From: Eledone cirrhosa
Lineage: Eukaryota
Direction: 5' to 3'
DNA: 64,000 bases
Assembly: GCA_964016885.1 (NCBI GenBank)
Contig: OZ024741.1
Span: 229,214,001-229,278,000, forward strand
Shown: piece by piece, positions 56,601 to 64,000 of the stretch
Numbering within the stretch: position 1 is the stretch's first letter
Layout of the letters: every line of letters starts with the position of its first letter
Notes under the pieces: generated by a model
Seen by the model: the letters and a program-made list of their open reading frames with translations, nothing else
Databases searched by the model: none
Told to the model about the DNA's origin: nothing
Program-made: the position numbers and the translations under genes

Positions 56601-59600
56601 ATACACACCAGACTTATACACATACACACCAGACTGATACACATACACACCAGACTGATACACATACACACCAGACTGATACACATACACACGAGACTGA
56701 TATACATACACACCAGACTGATATACATACACACCAGACTGATATACATACACACCAGACTGATATACATACACACGGGACTGATACACATACACACCAG
56801 ACTGATACACATACACACCAGACTGATACACATACACACCAGACTGATACACATACACACCAGACTGATATACATATACAGCAGACTGATACACATACAC
56901 ACCAGAATGATACACATACACACCAGACTGATATACATACACACCAGACTGATACACATACGCACCAGACTGATACACATACACACCAGACTGATAAACA
57001 TACACACAAGACTGACATACACATACACACCAGACTGATACACATACACACCACACTGATAAACATACACACCAGACTGATAAACATACACACAAGACTG
57101 ATTGATATACATACACGCCAGACTGATACACATACACACCAGACTGATACACATACACACCAGACTGATAAACATACACACAAGACTGATATACACATAC
57201 ACACCAAACTGATACACATACACACCAGACTGATACACATACACACCAGACTGATAAACATACACACCAGACTGATATACACACACACCAGACTGATACA
57301 TATACACACCAGACTGATATACATACACACCAGACTGATACACATATACAATAGACTGATACAAATACACACCTGATTGATATACATACACACCAGTCTG
57401 ATACACATACACACCAGAATGATACACATACACACCAGACTGATACACATACACACCAGACTGATACACATACACACCAGACTGATATACATACACACCA
57501 GACTGATACACATACACACCAGACTGATATACATACACACCAGACTGATATACACACACACCAGACTGATACACATACACACTAGACTGACATACATACA
57601 CACCAGACTGATATACATACACACCAGACTGATACACATACACACCGGACTGATACACATACACACCAGACTGACATACATACACACCAGACTGATACAC
57701 ATACACACCAGACTGATACACATACACACCAGACTGACATACATACACACCAGACTGATATACACACACACTAGACTGATACACATACACACCAGACTGA
57801 TACACATACACACCAGACTGATACACATACACACCAGACTGATATACACACACACCAGACTGATACACATGCACACCAGACTGATATACATACACACCAG
57901 ACTGATACACATACACACCAGACTGATACACATACACACCAGACTGATACACATACACACCAGACTGATACACATACACACCAGACTGATATACATACAC
58001 ACCAGACTGATACACATACACACCAGACTGATATACATACACACCAGACTGATACACATACACACCAGACTGATACACATACACACCAGAATGATACACA
58101 TACACTCCAGACTGATATACATACACACCAGACTGATATACATACACACCAGACTGATACACATACACACCAGACTGATACACATACACACCAGACTGAT
58201 ACACATATACACCAGACTGATACAGATACACACCAGACTGATATACATATACACCAGACTGATACACATACACACCAGACTGATATACATACACACCATA
58301 CTGATACACATACACACCAGACTGATACACATACACACCAGACTGATACACATACACACCAGAATGATACACATACACACCAGACTGATATACATACACA
58401 CCAGACTGATACACATACACACCAGACTGATACACATACACACCAGACTGATACACATACACACCAGTCTGATACACATACACACCAGAATGATACACAT
58501 ACACACCAGACTGATACACATACACACCAGACTGATACACATACACACAAGACTGAAACACATACACACCAGACTGATACACATACACACCAGACTGATA
58601 CACATACACACCAGACTGATACACATACACACCAGACTGATACACATACACACCAGACTGATATACATACACACCAGACTGATACACATACACACCAGAA
58701 TGATACACATACACACCAGACTGATATACATACACACCAGACTGATACACATACACACCAGACTGATATACATACACACCAGACTGATACACATACACAC
58801 CAGACTGATATACCTACACACCAGACTGATACACATACACACCAGACTGATACAAACACACACCAGACTGATATACACACACACCAGACTGATACACATG
58901 CACACCAGACTGATACACATACACACCAGACTGATATACATACACACCAGACTGATATACACACCAGACTGATACACATACACACTAGACTGACATACAT
59001 ACACACCAGACTGATATACATACACACCAGACTGATACACATACACACCAGACTGATACACATACACACCAGACTGACATACATACACACCAGACTGATA
59101 CACATACACACCAGACTGATACACATACACACCAGACTGATACACATACACACCAGACTGATATACATACACACTAGACTGATATACACACACACCAGAC
59201 TGATACACATGCACACCAGACTGATATACATACACACCAGACTGATACACATACACACCAGACTGATACACATACACACCAGACTGATACACATACACAC
59301 CAGACTGATACACATACACACCAGACTGATATACATACACACCAGACTGATATACATACACTCCAGACTGATACACATACACACCAGACTTATACACATA
59401 CACACCAGACTGATACACATACACACCAGACTGATACACATACACACCAGACTGATACACATACACTCCAGACTGATACACATAAACACCAGACTGATAC
59501 ACATACACACCAGACTGATATACATACACACCAGACTGATACACATAAACACCAGACTGATACACATACACACCAGACTGATACACATACACACCAGACA

Positions 59601-62600
59601 GATATACATACACACCAGACTGATACACATACACTCCAGACTGATACATATACACACCAGACAGATACACATACACACCAGACTGATACACATACACACC
59701 AGACTGATACACATACACTCCAGACTGATACACATAAACACCAGACTGATACACATACACACCAGACTGATACACATACACACCAGACTGATACACATAC
59801 ACTCCAGACTGATACACATAAACACCAGACTGATACACATACACACCAGACTGATATACATACACACCAGACTGATACACATACACACCAGACTGATACA
59901 CATACACACCAGACTGATACACATACACACCAGTCTGATACACATACACACCAGAATGATACACATACACACCAGACTGATACACATACAGACCAGACTG
60001 ATACACACACACACCAGACTGATACACATACACACCAGACTGATATACACATACACACCAGACTTATACACATACACACCAGACTGATACACATACACAC
60101 CAGACTGATACACATACACACCAGACTGATACACATACACACGAGACTGATATACATACACACCAGACTGATATACATACACACCAGACTGATATACATA
60201 CACACCAGACTGATATACATACACACGGGACTGATACACATACACACCAGACTGATACACATACACACCAGACTGATACACATACACACCAGACTGATAC
60301 ACATACACACCAGACTGATATACATATACAGCAGACTGATACACATACACACCAGAATGATACACATACACACCAGACTGATATACATACACACCAGACT
60401 GATACACATACGCACCAGACTGATACACATACACACCAGACTGATAAACATACACACAAGACTGACATACACACACACCAGACTGATACATATACACACC
60501 AGACTGATATACATACACACCAGACTGATACACATATACACCAGACTGATACAAATACACACCTGATTGATATACATACACACCAGTCTGATACACATAC
60601 ACACCAGAATGATACACATACACACCAGACTGATACACATACACACCAGACTGATACACATACACACCAGACTGATATACATACACACCAGACTGATACA
60701 CATACACACCAGACTGATATACATACACACCAGACTGATATACACACACACCAGACTGATACACATACACACTAGACTGACATACATACACACCAGACTG
60801 ATATACATACACACCAGACTGATACACATACACACCGGACTGATACACATACACACCAGACTGACATACATACACACCAGACTGATACACATACACACCA
60901 GACTGATACACATACACACCAGACTGACATACATACACACCAGACTGATATACACACACACTAGACTGATACACATACACACCAGACTGATACACATACA
61001 CACCAGACTGATACACATACACACCAGACTGATATACACACACACCAGACTGATACACATGCACACCAGACTGATATACATACACACCAGACTGATACAC
61101 ATACACACCAGACTGATACACATACACACCAGACTGATACACATACACACCAGACTGATATACATACACACCAGACTGATACACATACACACCAGACTGA
61201 TACACATACACACCAGACTGATACACATACACACCAGTCTGATACACATACACACCAGAATGATACACATACACACCAGACTGATACACATACACACCAG
61301 ACTGATACACATACACACCAGACTGATATACATACACACCAGACTGATATACATACACACCAGACTGATACATATACACACCAGACTGATACACATACAC
61401 ACCAGACTGATACACATACACACTTGACTGATATACATACACACCAGAGTGATATACAAACACACCAGACTGATACACATACAGACCAGACTGATACACA
61501 CACACACCAGACTGATACACATACACACCAGACTGATATACACATACACACTAGACTTATACACATACACACCAGACTGATACACATACACACCAGACTG
61601 ATACACATACACACCAGACTGATACACATACACACGAGACTGATATACATACACACCAGACTGATATACATACACACCAGACTGATATACATACACACCA
61701 GACTGATATACATACACACGGGACTGATACACATACACACCAGACTGATACACATACACACCAGACTGATACACATACACACCAGACTGATATACATACA
61801 CACCAGACTGATACACATACGCACCAGACTGATACACATACACACCAGACTGATAAACATACACACAAGACTGATATACACATACACACCAGACTGATAC
61901 ACATACACACCACACTGATAAACATACACACCAGACTGATAAACATACACACAAGACTGATTGATATACATACACGCCAGACTGATACACATACACACCA
62001 GACTGATACACATACACACCAGACTGATAAACATACACACAAGACTGATATACACATACACACCAGACTGATACACATACACACCAGACTGATACACATA
62101 CACACCAGACTGATAAACATACACACCAGACTGATATACACACACACCAGACTGATACATATAGACACCAGACTGATATACATACACACCAGACTGATAC
62201 ACATATACACCAGACTGATACAAATACACACCTGATTGATATACATACACACCAGTCTGATACACATACACACCAGAATGATACACATACACACCAGACT
62301 GATACACATACACACCAGACTGATACACATACACACCAGACTGATATACATACACACCAGACTGATACACATACACACCAGACTGATATACATACACACC
62401 AGACTGATATACACTCACACCAGACTGATACACATACACACTAGACTGACATACATACACACCAGACTGATATACATACACACCAGACTGATACACATAC
62501 ACACCGGACTGATACACATACACACCAGACTGACATACATACACACCAGACTGATACACATACACACCAGACTGATACACATACACACCAGACTGACATA

Positions 62601-63850
62601 CATACACACCAGACTGATATACACACACACTAGACTGATACACATACACACCAGACTGATACACATACACACCAGACTGATACACATACACACCAGACTG
62701 ATATACACACACACCAGACTGATACACATGCACACCAGACTGATATACATACACACCAGACTGATACACATACACACCAGACTAATACACATACACACCA
62801 GACTGATACACATACACACCAGATTGATACACATACACACCAGACTGATATACATACACACCAGACCGATACACATACACACCAGACTGATATACATACA
62901 CACCAGACTGATACACATACACACCAGACTGATACACATACACACCAGAATGATACACATACACTCCAGACTGATATACATACACACCAGACTGATATAC
63001 ATACACACCAGACTGATACACATACACACCAGACTGATACACATACACACCAGACTGATACACATACACACCAGACTGATACAGATACACACCAGACTGA
63101 TATACATATACACCAGACTGATACACATACACACCAGACTGATATACATACACACCATACTGATACACATACACACCAGACTGATATACATACACACCAG
63201 ACTGATACACATACACACCAGAATGATACACATACACACCAGACTGATATACATACACACCAGACTGATACACATACACACCAGACTGATACACATACAC
63301 ACCAGACTGATACACATACACACCAGTCTGATACACATACACACCAGAATGATACACATACACACCAGACTGATACACATACACACCAGACTGATACACA
63401 TACACACAAGACTGAAACACATACACACCAGACTGATACACATACACACCAGACTGATACACATACACACCAGACTGATACACATACACACCAGACTGAT
63501 ACACATACACACCAGACTGATATACATACACACCAGACTGATACACATACACACCAGAATGATACACATACACACCAGACTGATATACATACACACCAGA
63601 TTGATACACATACACACCAGACTGATATACATACACACCAGACTGATACACATACACACCAGACTGATATACCTACACACCAGACTGATACACATACACA
63701 CCAGACTGATACAAACACACACCAGACTGATATACACACACACCAGACTGATACACATGCACACCAGACTGATATACATACACATCAGACTGATACACAT
63801 ACACACCAGACTGATACACATACACACCAGACTGATATACATACACACCA
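41850..63850. repeat. Right-arm HOR family of variable length (offsets 6,119, 5,279, 3,639 and 4,859 bp) built around a shared ~1.6-kb variant block
   Basis: Block starts at 37005, 42340, 48459, 53738, 57377 and ~62236 and carries markers gatacagatac, ccatactg, gaaacac, tacctac. Offsets 44172/50291 and 45251/51370 equal 6119; 50291/55570 equals 5279; 55570/59209 equals 3639. Confidence 0.88.
46530..47870. repeat. Dispersed copy (~1.3 kb) of the variant block at ~21370-22710, offset 25,156 bp
   Basis: ORFs 21567/46723, 21592/46748 and 22498/47654 share the offset and nearly the same translation, including the rare caaatacacacaag and ctgacacac units. Confidence 0.85.
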
Positions 63851-64000
63851 GACTGATACACATACACACCAGACTGATACACATACACACCAGACTGTTA
63901 AACATACACACCAGACTGATATACACACACACCAGACTGATACATATACACACCAGACTGATACACATACACACCAGTCTGATACACATACACACCAGAA

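Larger units (their letters stand above)
1..64000. repeat. Tandem satellite/minisatellite array, 21-bp unit CTGATACACATACACACCAGA, about 3,050 copies in one orientation, running off both window ends
   Basis: The core CCAGACTGATA recurs every 21 bp from first line to last; units differ from consensus by a few substitutions or one of four indels. Consensus composition A9 C7 T3 G2 (43% GC, 76% A+C on +, no CpG). Confidence 0.99.

Noticed and set aside
34-61897. + strand ORFs encoding His-rich (LIHIHTR)n or (TDTHTHQ)n proteins, a tempting metal-binding repeat protein
   Set aside because: No unique N- or C-terminus. Starts are chance variants. Recurrent TGA variants (acctga, acttga) and +2/-1/-4 indels push the frame into the TGA-every-unit frame and are amplified with the HORs. 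The commonest variants are non-synonymous (H>Y, T>S, H>N), although some synonymous ones exist. Ribo-seq or proteomics would be needed to overturn this.
1191-61967. Idea that indels compensate to keep helical phase or reading frame across HORs
   Set aside because: Net offsets modulo 21 are mixed (+5, +10, +1, +3, -4, +8, +6), neither consistently near 0 or 10.5 nor multiples of 3.
3917-63765. Recurrent TGCACAC variant matching the metal-response-element core TGCRCNC, and TGATAA variants matching GATA sites
   Set aside because: Each is one substitution from consensus and is copied passively with the HORs; there is no gene or promoter in the window to regulate.
257-63995. Very long - strand ORFs (up to 2,477 aa) of CISLVCM / VYQSGVY / VSVWCVC repeats
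   Set aside because: All three minus frames of the consensus lack stops, so long overlapping ORFs are expected; they drift between frames at indels with no preferred product.
1-64000. CRISPR array or spacer-like information store
   Set aside because: No unique spacers between repeats, no leader and no cas genes; the variable part is the same sequence with point variants.
1-64000. Telomerase-synthesised telomere (minus strand is TG-rich with a TGGTGT core resembling long budding-yeast telomeric repeats)
   Set aside because: kb-scale HORs that inherit ordered point variants indicate recombinational or replicative duplication, not templated addition of a single unit, and no chromosome end is visible. 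A recombination-maintained subtelomeric or terminal satellite cannot be excluded without the chromosomal position.
1-64000. Pure sequencing or assembly artefact, or synthetic concatemer
   Set aside because: Variants are nested and position-structured, and sister copies carry private differences, as expected of real evolutionary history. Exact copy numbers of the near-identical HORs still need read-level validation.
1-64000. Embedded transposon, tRNA/rRNA, inverted segment or unique island
   Set aside because: I saw no stretch departing from the 21-bp register by more than a few bases and no reverse-orientation (TG-rich) units on the + strand.

Overview
The whole 64-kb window is one uninterrupted, head-to-tail tandem array of a 21-bp unit, consensus CTGATACACATACACACCAGA (reverse complement TCTGGTGTGTATGTGTATCAG), about 3,050 units. 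I saw no unique sequence, inversion, transposon, RNA gene, CRISPR spacer or credible protein-coding gene. All ORFs in the track are readings of the repeat: 5 of 6 frames of the consensus lack stops ([35 protein letters not shown]). The information lies in the order of variant units. A small set of substitutions and four indel variants (23-, 25-, 20- and 17-bp units) recur in fixed cassettes. These define nested higher-order repeats (HORs): 84 and 168 bp sub-repeats, 1.4-2.5 kb units on the left, a near-perfect 4-copy 2,768-bp HOR at about 24.7-35.8 kb, and 3.3-6.1 kb units on the right, with more private mutations at both window ends. The best reading is an actively homogenising satellite/minisatellite, probably eukaryotic; the organism cannot be identified from the sequence. 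I find no evidence for a novel gene-encoded system. Offsets were read by eye from the sequence and ORF track, so HOR boundaries are approximate (about +/-1-2 units).
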